Origin: an uncultured Akkermansia sp.
GTDB taxonomy: Bacteria; Verrucomicrobiota; Kiritimatiellia; RFP12; JAAYNR01
Assembly (NCBI GenBank): GCA_964506575.1
Contig: CAZDLY010000004.1
Span: 19,876 to 83,875 of the forward strand
Length of the DNA stretch: 64,000 bases
Direction: 5' to 3'
Shown here: positions 18,831 through 30,589 of the stretch, piece after piece
Layout: every line of letters begins with the position of its first letter
Position numbering within the stretch: the stretch's first letter is position 1
Position numbers and translations under genes: made by a program
The notes under the pieces: model-generated
What the model was told of the DNA's origin: nothing
The model's database searches: none
The model's input: the letters and a program-made list of their open reading frames with translations, nothing else

Positions 18831-20282
18831 TTGCGAGTTGCCATAGCATATCCGCCGCTGGATTCCGATAAAGGGGTGCCGCTGCTTTCCCAGAACCGCC
18901 AGTTCCAGTGGTTCAACCGGCCGACCTTCATCTATCCCGTCGTGCCCGCGACGGCCGCGACGCTGGCCCGCGACGCGGGGCACGCCGTCGCCTGGCTTGA
19001 CGGCATCGCCTCGGGCTGGACGCGCGCCGCGTTTGACGGGCATCTGGCCGCCTTCCAACCCGACGTTGTGGTGATCGAGACCAAGACGCCCGTGGTTGGG
19101 GCGCACTGGGAGATTCTGAAACACCTGAAGGCGCGCCATCCCCAGATGCGGCTGGTCCTGGTCGGCGACCATGTGACGGCGCTTCCCGAAGAGAGCTTTG
19201 CGCAGTCGCCGGTGGATTACATCCTGACCGGCGGCGATTACGATTTTCTGCTCGTCAATCTGCTGGCCCATCTGGAATCGGGCGCGCCCCTGGCCCCCGG
19301 CATCTGGTACCGGCAGGGCGGGGCCGTGGTCAACACGGGGCCGTTCCGGCTGGACCACTCCCTGTCACGCGCGCCGTGGATCGATCGCGACCTCACGCAG
19401 TGGCGCCTCTACTCGGAGAAGAACGGCAATTTCCGGCGAACCCCCGGCACCTACATCATGTCGGCCCGCGACTGCTGGCATGGCCGTTGCACGTTCTGCT
19501 CGTGGACGACGCTCTATCCGACGTTTCGCAGCCGCGAGGCGATCGATTGCGTCAACGAGATCGAAGATTTGGTGGAACGCTACGGCGTGCGCGAGATCAT
19601 GGATGACGCCGGGAGCCTGCCGGCGGGGGCGTGGTTGAAGACGTTTTGCGAGGAGATGATCCGGCGCGGATTGAATCGGCGCGTTCGCATCGACTGCAAC
19701 ATGCGCTTCGGACGGCTGACCGCCGGCGAGTACCGGCTCATGCGTCAGGCCGGCTTCCGGCTCGTCCTGTTCGGCGTGGAATCGGCCAATCAGCAGACGC
19801 TCGACCGGCTGGACAAGGCGCTCACGATCGAACAGATCCGCGAAGGCGCCCGGATGGCCTCGCAGGCCGGCCTGGATGTGCATGTGACCGTAATGTTCGG
19901 CTATCCGTGGGAGGGTCCGGCGGAGATCGAGAACACGGTGCAGCTCGCCCGCTGGCTGTTGCGCAAGGGCTACGCCAGCACGCTCCAGTGTACGATGATG
20001 GTGCCGTACCCCGGCACGCCGCTGTTCCGCGAGCTCCAGAAGGAGGGGCTGCTGACGACGCAGAACTGGCCGGACTACGACATGCGCACGGCGGTGATCA
20101 AGACGCCGGTGCCGGAGGCGGTGATCAAGGACGCGGTGCGCCGGGTTTACAAGGGTTTTCTGCACCCCGAGACCGTGCTGCGGCGGCTGCTGACCACGCG
20201 GCACCCGATCGATGACCTCCGGTTCTACTGGCGCGGTTTCTTGTCGCTCGCCGGCCATTTGAAGGATTTCAAAAACAACTGA
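18831..20282 (+). CDS. B12-binding domain radical SAM protein
   Basis: TTG start after AAGGAG; N-terminal cobalamin-binding-like region (LVGDHVT...PEE), CWHGRCTFC cluster motif, FGVES, PYPGTPL. Confidence 0.88.
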   Translation: MRVAIAYPPLDSDKGVPLLSQNRQFQWFNRPTFIYPVVPATAATLARDAGHAVAWLDGIASGWTRAAFDGHLAAFQPDVVVIETKTPVVGAHWEILKHLKARHPQMRLVLVGDHVTALPEESFAQSPVDYILTGGDYDFLLVNLLAHLESGAPLAPGIWYRQGGAVVNTGPFRLDHSLSRAPWIDRDLTQWRLYSEKNGNFRRTPGTYIMSARDCWHGRCTFCSWTTLYPTFRSREAIDCVNEIEDLVERYGVREIMDDAGSLPAGAWLKTFCEEMIRRGLNRRVRIDCNMRFGRLTAGEYRLMRQAGFRLVLFGVESANQQTLDRLDKALTIEQIREGARMASQAGLDVHVTVMFGYPWEGPAEIENTVQLARWLLRKGYASTLQCTMMVPYPGTPLFRELQKEGLLTTQNWPDYDMRTAVIKTPVPEAVIKDAVRRVYKGFLHPETVLRRLLTTRHPIDDLRFYWRGFLSLAGHLKDFKNN

Positions 20283-20306
20283 ATCATACTGAATCATGGG
20301 GAACAG

Positions 20307-21506
20307 ATGAACACGGAACTGGCACAAGGGGTCAACTGGGTCGGGTACATCGACTGGAGCGTGCGTGATTTCCATGGTTACCGGACCGAGCGCGGCTCGA
20401 GCTACAACGCCTATCTGGTGGAGGGGGCACAGACGGCGCTGATCGACACGGTCAAGGCGCCTTACGCGGCGACACTCATCGGGCAGGTGCGGGATCGTCT
20501 GGGGGAGCGGCCGCTCCGCTATCTGGTCTGCAACCACGCCGAGCCCGATCATGCGGGCGCGATGGCCGCGGTCGTGGCGGCGTTTCCCGGCGTCACCGTG
20601 GTCTGCAATGCCAAATGCCGCGAGGCGCTGGGGCTGTACGGCGACACTGCGGGCTGGACGTTCCAGGTGGTCAAGGAGGGGGCGAAGCTGGATCTCGGCG
20701 GGCGCACGCTGCAATTCTTCGACACGCCGATGGTCCACTGGCCCGAGTCGATGGCGACCTACCTGATCGAGGAGCAGATCCTGTTCTCCATGGACGCGTT
20801 CGGACAGCACTATGCGTCGGGGTGGCGTTTCGACGACGAGGCGCCGATGGACGAGGTGATGCACGAGGCCAAGACCTACTACGCCAACATCGTGCTGCCG
20901 TTTGTCCGTCCGGTGACGGCGGCGCTGGCGAAGCTGGGGGCGCTGCCGCTCAGGCAGGTGGCGCCGAGCCATGGCGTGATCTGGCGGAGCCACATCGCCG
21001 ACATCGTGCGGGCCTATCAGGACTGGGTCGTCTCCAAGGCGGCGAAAAAGGTCGTGATCCTCTTCTGTACCATGTGGGACAGCACTCGGCTGATGGCCGA
21101 GGCCGTTGCCGAGGGGGCCATGGCCGAGGCGGTGACGGTGAAGCTGATCGACGTCAACGCCACCGCCGACACCGACATCGTCGCCGAGGTGATGGACTGC
21201 GCCACGCTGGCGGCGGGGTCGGCCACGCTCAACATGGGGATCATGCCGCGGCTGGCGGCGACGTTGACCTACCTGCGCGGCCTCAAGCCGGTCGGGAAGG
21301 CGGGCTTTGCCTTCGGTTCCTGCGGCTGGGCGACCAAGGGCGCCGAAGAGGCGGCCGCCTATCTGGCCGCCATGCAGGTCGAGATTCTGCACGAGCCGAT
21401 CACCTGCCGCTTCCGCCCGGATGCCGCCACGCTCACGCGCTGCTGCGAGGCCGGCCGCCTGCTGGCGAAACGGGCGCTGACGGCGGGGGGAGAGATCAAA
21501 AGATGA
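20307..21506 (+). CDS. fprA: Flavodiiron protein FprA (A-type flavoprotein)
   Basis: FHGY, SYNAYL, NHAEPDH, VHWPE, DAFGQH, PSHG plus C-terminal flavodoxin domain. Confidence 0.93.
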   Translation: MNTELAQGVNWVGYIDWSVRDFHGYRTERGSSYNAYLVEGAQTALIDTVKAPYAATLIGQVRDRLGERPLRYLVCNHAEPDHAGAMAAVVAAFPGVTVVCNAKCREALGLYGDTAGWTFQVVKEGAKLDLGGRTLQFFDTPMVHWPESMATYLIEEQILFSMDAFGQHYASGWRFDDEAPMDEVMHEAKTYYANIVLPFVRPVTAALAKLGALPLRQVAPSHGVIWRSHIADIVRAYQDWVVSKAAKKVVILFCTMWDSTRLMAEAVAEGAMAEAVTVKLIDVNATADTDIVAEVMDCATLAAGSATLNMGIMPRLAATLTYLRGLKPVGKAGFAFGSCGWATKGAEEAAAYLAAMQVEILHEPITCRFRPDAATLTRCCEAGRLLAKRALTAGGEIKR

Positions 21507-21802
21507 GCACGGAAAACGCAATCAAAACAGTCATCGGCTTCTTTGTCGCAATCCTGATCGGATCGATTCTGGCCGCACTGGTGGGCGGCGCGTTTGGAGC
21601 GTTGGTGGCGACGATCTCCCCGGAGTTCGTCACCGGATTATTCAACAGGCCAGCGGAGGCGGGCGTTGTCCGCTACGCCTGTGCCGTCGGGATGATCTGG
21701 GGCGTGTTCATCGGCGCGGCCGCCTCCGGCTTCGCCTGCTTCCTGGCGGCGGTCATCAAGGTGCTGCGTATCCGGTTTGAGAGTCGGAAGCAGCAAGAAT
21801 GA
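21503..21802 (+). CDS. Small membrane protein (2 TM)
   Basis: 99 aa MSTENAIK..., two Gly-rich hydrophobic helices, ATGA overlap with fprA. Confidence 0.7.
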   Translation: MSTENAIKTVIGFFVAILIGSILAALVGGAFGALVATISPEFVTGLFNRPAEAGVVRYACAVGMIWGVFIGAAASGFACFLAAVIKVLRIRFESRKQQE

Positions 21803-21867
21803 CAGAGCCACTGAGGCGCTTGCAAAACCGCATTCGTCGGTTCTGCAAGCGCAGTCTTCAGAAGCCT

Positions 21868-22233
21868 TTACTTATTCGGCGGCGATTGCGCCTGGCGGGA
21901 AAAGGCCGGCAATCCCAAGTCACGCACCAGATTTCCAGGCACCTCCGTTTGGGTCAGAGGCGGGCGACCCAATCGCTGCCGAATGTTCTTCAGGAAACGG
22001 ACGGTGCCGAACGCTCGAGCCTTGGCCTGATACAGAGCCAGCCGATTCAGGGCGCGTTGAGAGGCGAACCCGCTTTCAGGAAGCGCCTGATGCAGAAGAA
22101 GAGCCGTGTCGAGCAGGTCGCCCATTTCGGCGATAGTTTCCGAACTTCCGTGCTTGATCCGTTGCCAAGCCTCGTCCAGACGCGGAGGATAGAAAGCCAG
22201 TTCGTAGCAGGACTGCAGCTTTTTCCGGGTCAT
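21868..22233 (-). CDS. Hypothetical helical protein, partner of upstream nucleotidyltransferase
   Basis: 121 aa MTRKKLQSCYELAFYPP...; start overlaps upstream stop (TGATG). Confidence 0.65.
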   Translation of the reverse strand: MTRKKLQSCYELAFYPPRLDEAWQRIKHGSSETIAEMGDLLDTALLLHQALPESGFASQRALNRLALYQAKARAFGTVRFLKNIRQRLGRPPLTQTEVPGNLVRDLGLPAFSRQAQSPPNK

Positions 22234-22784
22234 CACGATGGTTGATCCCTCCATATCTCCATGTCGGTCTTCAGATTCTGCAGGTTCTCCAAGACAACTG
22301 GATCGCAATCGAAGGGAGGGGGAAGCCGTTTGGCCGCCAACTCGATCCGGTTGAATCCGACGTTTCGATGCGAAACCAGATACCGGATGTCGCTCTGATC
22401 CATTTCGTCATAGCGGATCAGCTTGCTGGCGATGAGTTGTTCAATGGCCACCGTTCTAATCGTCAGCAGGCGCCCCTGCCACAAGGTCAGGTCCGTCTCG
22501 GGCGAGGGCTTGGGAAGACACAGGCGGAGTCCTGTTATCCATTCAATATGATCGCCCGTGTAGTGCTCGTCGGGATTGACCGGTAATCCGGACGCACTGG
22601 CTGCCCTTCGGAAGTCGCCGTAGTCGGCGTTCGAATAAGGGGCGGCGACGTCTATGTCAAGGCTGGTTCTATCGGGTTCATCCAGAAGAATATAGGCCGC
22701 GCTCCCATACACGTAGAGCGTCGCGGGACTTTTCAGTTCCGTGTCAATCTTCTCGAGATACGATGTAAGTTCAACTTTGTTCAC
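22233..22784 (-). CDS. Pol-beta superfamily nucleotidyltransferase (AbiEii/DUF6036-like)
   Basis: VYGSAA...RTSLDID (GS, DxD) and LIASKLIR...D..DI motifs. Confidence 0.75.
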   Translation of the reverse strand: MNKVELTSYLEKIDTELKSPATLYVYGSAAYILLDEPDRTSLDIDVAAPYSNADYGDFRRAASASGLPVNPDEHYTGDHIEWITGLRLCLPKPSPETDLTLWQGRLLTIRTVAIEQLIASKLIRYDEMDQSDIRYLVSHRNVGFNRIELAAKRLPPPFDCDPVVLENLQNLKTDMEIWRDQPS

Positions 22785-22790
22785 ATCGGG

Positions 22791-22819
22791 ATGATATCAT
22801 TTCACGGCCGCGTTTTCAA
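22791..22819 (-). promoter_or_regulatory. Promoter with palindrome over -10, leaderless transcript
   Basis: TTGAAA-17-TATCAT; perfect palindrome ATGATATCAT at 22791-22800; GTG start 6 nt downstream of -10. Confidence 0.6.
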
Positions 22820-22957
22820 CGCAAAACAAGACGCGGCACCGCTATCGGGTGTAAGACAAAAAAGTGAGAGCGGGAGGAAAAGAGAAAGAAAGTAGTTGCC
22901 GGACGGATGCGAACGTCATATAATGTTGTATCGTTAATGATACAGGAGGCATTCGTC

Positions 22958-23302
22958 ATGGACCAACACGAAGTATTGAACCAACTCGGGAAGATCGGCG
23001 CCGCGCGGCGCGGGCAGATCAGCGAACAATGGTACGAATCGGCAGGCCGGGACGGGAAGCCGCACCGCACGGGGCCCTATTACGTCTGGCAGCGTTTTCT
23101 GGAGGGCGAAAAGGTCTCGGCCCGCATTCCGCGGGAAGAGGCCCCCCGCGCTCTGGCCGAGTTGGCGCGGGGGCGTGAGGCCGAGGCGCTGATCAGTCAG
23201 TTCTGGCAAAACGCCGAGGCGCTGGCGGAGGGCGAAAAAAAAACGGCTGGACGGAAGCGCTTCGCGCGGTCGGATCGGAACTCCGACAAGCTGCGGCACT
23301 GA
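22958..23302 (+). CDS. IS OrfA (DUF6788-like small protein)
   Basis: GGAGG RBS; RRGQISEQ...GPYY motif; A9 run near 3' end. Confidence 0.75.
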   Translation: MDQHEVLNQLGKIGAARRGQISEQWYESAGRDGKPHRTGPYYVWQRFLEGEKVSARIPREEAPRALAELARGREAEALISQFWQNAEALAEGEKKTAGRKRFARSDRNSDKLRH

Positions 23303-24549
23303 TTGAAGCGAAGATCGGGGCCGGCGAGGTCGATCTGATATGGGTTGAGGCGTCTCTGAAATCGGCGGCGCTGCGGGAGGCGGCCAAACTGCTCGGCGCG
23401 TTTTATTCGCGGGTTGCGCCGCAGGCGCTGGGGCTGGATGGCCAAACCGGGGGGCGCGGAGACCGGACGCGGGAAGTGCTTTCAACGGTCGGACCGGTCG
23501 CGTTCACCCGCAGTTATGTCCTGGACCGTAACAGGAAGCGGTCTTTCCCGCTGGATGACGCGCTGGGTTTAATCGGCGGCTGCACACCGGCGGCAGCCGG
23601 ACTGATCTGCTGGGCCGGTGCGCAGGCACACTCCTATGATCAAGCCGGGGAGTCGCTGTCCCGATTGGCTGGGCTAACCGTGCCCGGACGACGCGTCCAG
23701 CGGATGACCAACCTCTGCGCGGATCTGGAGGCCGCGTGGGCAATGGCACGCGAAAAAGAGGCGTGCACAGGCGGGATACTCAACATCCAAGCGGATATGA
23801 CGGGCATACCCATGCGCAAGGAAGACCTTGTCGGCGTCCACGGAAAGAACGGAGATCCGAAGAAACGCCAGGTCAAAGGCGGCATCGTCTTCCGGCAGGA
23901 GGCCAATAAGGATGGAGAGATGCAGCGGATTCCCAGCTCGACAACACGCGTCGTCTCCTTTGATGACGTTTCGTCGTTCTCGCAAACACTTCTGAACGAG
24001 GCCGTCAAACGTGGATACCATGAGGCATGTACCGTTGTCTTTACGGCCGACGGCGCGGAGTGGATCTGGATCATGGTAGAAGACCGCTTCAAGGGCGCGG
24101 TCCAAATCGTGGACTTTTACCATGCCGCTGAACATCTCGGGGAACTATGCCGCCTCGCCGAGCCGGACAAGCAAAAGGCGGAGGTCCTGTTCACGATACG
24201 TCGCCGCCTGATGCGCACCTATGGCGCGGCGTGCGCCGTCCGCTATTTCGAGAACCTGCCCTCCGATCATCCCAAGAAAACGGAGATCGAATGCGCGCTT
24301 GGCTATTTCAGAAAAAACCTCAAGCGCATGGATTATGGCGCGTTCCGCAAACGTGGCTATTGTATCGGCTCTGGCGCAATGGAAGGAACCTGCAAATCGC
24401 TCGTCAATCAGCGCACAGACCTCGCCGGGCAACGATGGCATCCTTCTGGATCCCTCAACGTCTTGCGCATCCGCGGGCTGATTGCGGATAATCTCCACGA
24501 CCTCTACTGGAAACAACGAGCCTGCATCAGAAGCTTTAAGGCAGCCTAA
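23242..24549 (+). CDS. IS transposase OrfB (frame open from 23179; first GTG at 23476; probably reached by -1 frameshift)
   Basis: ADMTG, ADGAEWIW, VDFYHAAEHL, IGSGAMEGTCK motifs of ISKra4/ISLre2-type transposases. Confidence 0.85.
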   Translation, partial: NGWTEALRAVGSELRQAAALIEAKIGAGEVDLIWVEASLKSAALREAAKLLGAFYSRVAPQALGLDGQTGGRGDRTREVLSTVGPVAFTRSYVLDRNRKRSFPLDDALGLIGGCTPAAAGLICWAGAQAHSYDQAGESLSRLAGLTVPGRRVQRMTNLCADLEAAWAMAREKEACTGGILNIQADMTGIPMRKEDLVGVHGKNGDPKKRQVKGGIVFRQEANKDGEMQRIPSSTTRVVSFDDVSSFSQTLLNEAVKRGYHEACTVVFTADGAEWIWIMVEDRFKGAVQIVDFYHAAEHLGELCRLAEPDKQKAEVLFTIRRRLMRTYGAACAVRYFENLPSDHPKKTEIECALGYFRKNLKRMDYGAFRKRGYCIGSGAMEGTCKSLVNQRTDLAGQRWHPSGSLNVLRIRGLIADNLHDLYWKQRACIRSFKAA

Positions 24550-24620
24550 ACTTTCTCTCTTCCTCCCTCATCTCACTTTTTTGTCTTACACCCCATGCGC
24601 CCTGGCGCGCCTCTCGAGTA

Positions 24621-24649
24621 TTGCCCTCACACTCTCTTTGGCGTATACT
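24621..24649 (+). promoter_or_regulatory. sigma70 promoter of mcsA-mcsB-clpC
   Basis: TTGCCC-17nt-TATACT. Confidence 0.6.
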
Positions 24650-24695
24650 GTGTGCGGTTTGGAGGGAATCGGCGTGCTCAGGGGGAGGGTGTTCC

Positions 24696-25235
24696 ATGTT
24701 GTGTGAGAAATGCAGGCAGCGGCAGGCCGAGATCGCCATCCGGGAGGAGTCGGAAGGCGAGACGCGTGAGTGGTACGTGTGCCAGGCCTGTGCGGGGGTC
24801 GGCGAGCCGATCGAAAAGAAATTGGCCTCCATGGTCGAGATGATCTTCGACGTGGCCCTGGGACTGGTGGCCCGGCCCGCCGGGGTGCAGGCGGCGTCCG
24901 ACGGCCCGGTGTGTCCGGTCTGCGGCATGACCCGGGAGACGTTTCGCAAGCGCGAGCGTCTGGGGTGCGAGGCCTGTTACACCGCCTTCCGTCGTGATAC
25001 CGAAGCGATGATCCGGGACATGCACGTGGGTTCGCGCCATGTCGGCAAGGTGCCGGCCGGTGCGGCTGCGGCGCGGACGTGCGCCGAACTGGAGCGGGCG
25101 CTGAAGCGGGCGGTCGCCGCTCAGCGTTTTGAGGAGGCGGCCCGGTTGCGCGACGCGCTGGCCGCCGTGTCCCGGTCGGCCCCATTCGCCGGTGCGGAAA
25201 AAGGCTCGGAAGGGGGCGCGCATGCTGCTCAATGA
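24696..25235 (+). CDS. mcsA: Protein-arginine kinase activator McsA
   Basis: Four CxxC motifs, RLGC..CY, HVGK.P, C-terminal UVR motif FEEAARLRD. Confidence 0.9.
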   Translation: MLCEKCRQRQAEIAIREESEGETREWYVCQACAGVGEPIEKKLASMVEMIFDVALGLVARPAGVQAASDGPVCPVCGMTRETFRKRERLGCEACYTAFRRDTEAMIRDMHVGSRHVGKVPAGAAAARTCAELERALKRAVAAQRFEEAARLRDALAAVSRSAPFAGAEKGSEGGAHAAQ

Positions 25236-26336
25236 ACCCTATTTGGCGAAGGCTGCGGGCGCGCAGTCCAAAGGCCAGTCCCCCGAGCCGCAGATCATCA
25301 TGAGCAGCCGGGTGCGGCTCGCCCGCAACCTGCGCGGGGAGCGGTTCCCCGACTGGGCCACCGAGCGGGATCGCGTAGAGGTGCTGCGGCGGGTTGGCGC
25401 GGCGGCGGTGCAGGCGACGGAGCATCCCGATGCCAAGGTCATTCCGATCGAGGGGATCGATGGTGTGCGGATGGAAACGATGCGCGAACGCTCCCTCATC
25501 AGCCGGGATCTGGTGGATCGCGGCGTGGGCGCGGGCGTGGTGTATGTGGGGAGCCGCTCGCTGTCGGTGATGATCAACGAGGAGGACCACATCCGCATAC
25601 AGACGTTTGCGCCGGGGCTGGGGCTGTCGCGCGCCTGGGAGATTGCCGACGCCTTTGACACGCGGCTGGAAAAGCTCGTGCCGTATGCGTTTTCGCGGCG
25701 CCTGGGGTACCTGACGGCCTGCCCGAGCAACATCGGCACGGGGATGCGCGCGAGTGTGATGGTCCACCTTCCGGGATTGCGGCTCAGCGGCGACCTCGAC
25801 GCGGTGATCCGGGGATTGGAGCGGCTGCGATTCACGGTGCGGGGTATCGGCGGCGAGGGATCGGCGGCCTCGGGCCACCGGTTCCAGATTTCCAACCAGG
25901 GGACGCTGGGTTTGGGCGAGCGGGCGGTCATCGCCTCGCTTGAACGCGTGGCCGTCGAGGTGGCGCGTCAGGAGGTGCTGGCCCGCAGGCGGGTGCTGCG
26001 CGACATGCCCGTGGTGGTCAAGGATTGCGTCGCGCGCGCGCTGGCGGTTCTGCAGCACGCGCACCTGATCCAGGCCGACGAGGCGCTGGACTATCTCTCG
26101 GCGGTCAGGATGGGGATCGAGATGGGGGTGATTCAGGATGCCAGCCCCGACGTTCTGGAACTGCTGGAGCTGATGGTCCATCCCGGCCATCTGCAGGACT
26201 ATCTGAAAGAGGAGATGGACCCCGAACAGCGGGACCAGCGCCGCGCCGACCTGTTGCGCGAGAGGCTCGCTTTCTGGACGGTCAACGAGTGGCTGGTGCG
26301 GAAGGCCAGAAAACGACTGATTGCGAAGGAGAAGAA

Positions 26337-26340
<4 letters not shown>
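25222..26340 (+). CDS. mcsB: Protein arginine kinase McsB
   Basis: SSRVRLARN, INEEDH, GYLTACPSNIGTG, FQISNQ. Confidence 0.93.
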
Positions 26341-28874
<2,534 letters not shown>

Positions 28875-28940
28875 ACGGACCAAAATGTGCGCACACTTTG
28901 GGCGATGTGGAATGGGTTGCAATACAGAGGAGATGGGATT

Positions 28941-29195
28941 ATGACGGCTGACTTCGAGAAACGGGTGCGGGAATTGATTGCCGAACAGTTGGGCGTGACC
29001 GTCGAACAAGTCGTCACCGACGCCAATCTGGTCAGCGACCTGGGCGCCGACTCGCTCGACGTGGTCGAGCTGGTCATGGCGCTCGAGGACGAACTGGGCG
29101 TGGAGGTCCCGGACGAGGACGCGCAGAAGCTGGTGACCGTCGGGGCGGTGCTCGCCTATCTGAAGGAAAAAGGGGTTGGCGCCAAGCGCGGCTGA
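28941..29195 (+). CDS. acpP: Acyl carrier protein (second copy)
   Basis: DLGADSLD phosphopantetheine motif. Confidence 0.88.
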   Translation: MTADFEKRVRELIAEQLGVTVEQVVTDANLVSDLGADSLDVVELVMALEDELGVEVPDEDAQKLVTVGAVLAYLKEKGVGAKRG

Positions 29196-29200
29196 CGGGA

Positions 29201-29557
29201 ATGAAAACAGGCGCCCTTTGGCTGGACGACGCCGTGTGGATCGGATCGGTCCGCGTGGCGTCTTCTTTTTTTCAGCGGCTGCGAGGGCTGCTGGGGTGTC
29301 GCAGGCTCGGGCCGGGGGCCGGGCTGCTGATCGAGTCGTGCGGCGCGGTCCATACGGTCGGGATGCGGTTTGCGCTGGATCTGGTGTTTCTGGATGCGCA
29401 GTGGCGGGTCGTGGCGTGCGTGCCGGGCGTCCGCCCCGGCCGCTGCTTCGTGCCGGGCGGGCGGCGCGCCCGGCGGGTCGTCGAGGTCGAGAGCGGATGG
29501 CTGGATCTGACGCGGGTTGCGATCGGTGCGCACCTGCGATGGGCGGGCGAAGGGTGA
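29201..29557 (+). CDS. DUF192 family protein
   Basis: RLRGLLG, VHTVGMRFALDLVFLD, VVE..G motifs. Confidence 0.75.
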   Translation: MKTGALWLDDAVWIGSVRVASSFFQRLRGLLGCRRLGPGAGLLIESCGAVHTVGMRFALDLVFLDAQWRVVACVPGVRPGRCFVPGGRRARRVVEVESGWLDLTRVAIGAHLRWAGEG

Positions 29558-29635
29558 TCCTGTATTTGGAATCCGTGAAACTGAATCGTGATTTGGCCAT
29601 TATCTTTCACGTGCGATCTGACATACTCCGGCGCC

Positions 29636-30569
29636 ATGAAACACTCGACATCTGCACCGGCGGACAGGATTACGACACGCGAGTGGGTCAGACGCGCGTG
29701 GCAGGCGAAGCGCGTCATTCCCGCATTCAACATCCCTTACCTGCCCATGATGAAGCCCGTCGTTCAGGCGCTGGCCGACACGCGCACGGCCGGCTTGATC
29801 ATGGTGGCCCGTCTGGAATGGGTCAAATTCGCGGCCGGCGGCGTGCAGGCGATCCGCGATCAGTATGAGGCCGTGGCCGACCGGCGGTTCTCCCGGCTGC
29901 ATCTCGACCATGTTCCGGTGATTGACGAAGACGACCAGGTGGTGGACGTCGCGGCGGACATCGGGGAGGCGATCCGTGCCGGGCATGAATCGGTGATGGT
30001 TGACGGATCACGGCTGCCGCTCGACGAAAACATCGCCTGTACGGCCCGGATCGTCAGGCTGGCCCAGGCGGCGGGGGTAGAAGGTCGAGGCCGAACTCGG
30101 TGCGGTGATGGGCCATGAGGCGGGGCCGATGCCCCCCTATGAGACGTTGTTTCTATCCCGCAAGGGGTTTACCGATATTGACCAGGCGGAACGGTTTGTC
30201 CGGGAGACGGGGTGCGACTGGCTTTCCGTGGCCATCGGCAATATTCATGGCGCCATCTCGGCTGCGGGAAAGACACAGGAAAAAATACGGGGCCGCCTCG
30301 ACATCGCGCATCTGGCGGCGCTCAACGCCCGTTGCGGCATTCCCCTCATGCTGCACGGCGTCACCGGAATTGCCCGCGAATGCGTGCGCGAGGCCATCCG
30401 CAATGGGATCGCGAAGATCAACATTGCCACCGCCATTCGCCAGCCCTATGAACGGAATCTGAGCGTGTCGCAAGCCGCGGCCTGCGAAGCCGTGTATGCC
30501 GAAACGGTGCGCGTGATCACTGATGATCTGGATATCGCCGGCAGCGCCGACGACCTGCTTCGACCCTGA
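29636..30569 (+). pseudogene. Class II fructose/tagatose-bisphosphate aldolase, frameshifted
   Basis: PAFN, HLDH, SVMVDGS in one frame; EAELG, AIGNIHG, LHG, AKINI in another; shift near 30075-30085. Confidence 0.85.
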
Positions 30570-30589
30570 ACCCTGAAACGAGGCCCTTC

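Larger units (their letters stand above)
22847..24593 (+). mobile_element. Insertion sequence, ISKra4-like (IS256-related DDE), 1747 bp
   Basis: 23-bp perfect terminal inverted repeats GGGTGTAAGACAAAAAAGTGAGA (22847-22869 / 24571-24593), imperfect to about 42 bp; internal TTGCCG-17-TATAAT promoter (22896-22924); no target duplication seen. Confidence 0.92.

Noticed and set aside
19472-19500. Radical SAM CX4CX2C spacing
   Set aside because: Common variant in B12-dependent radical SAM enzymes
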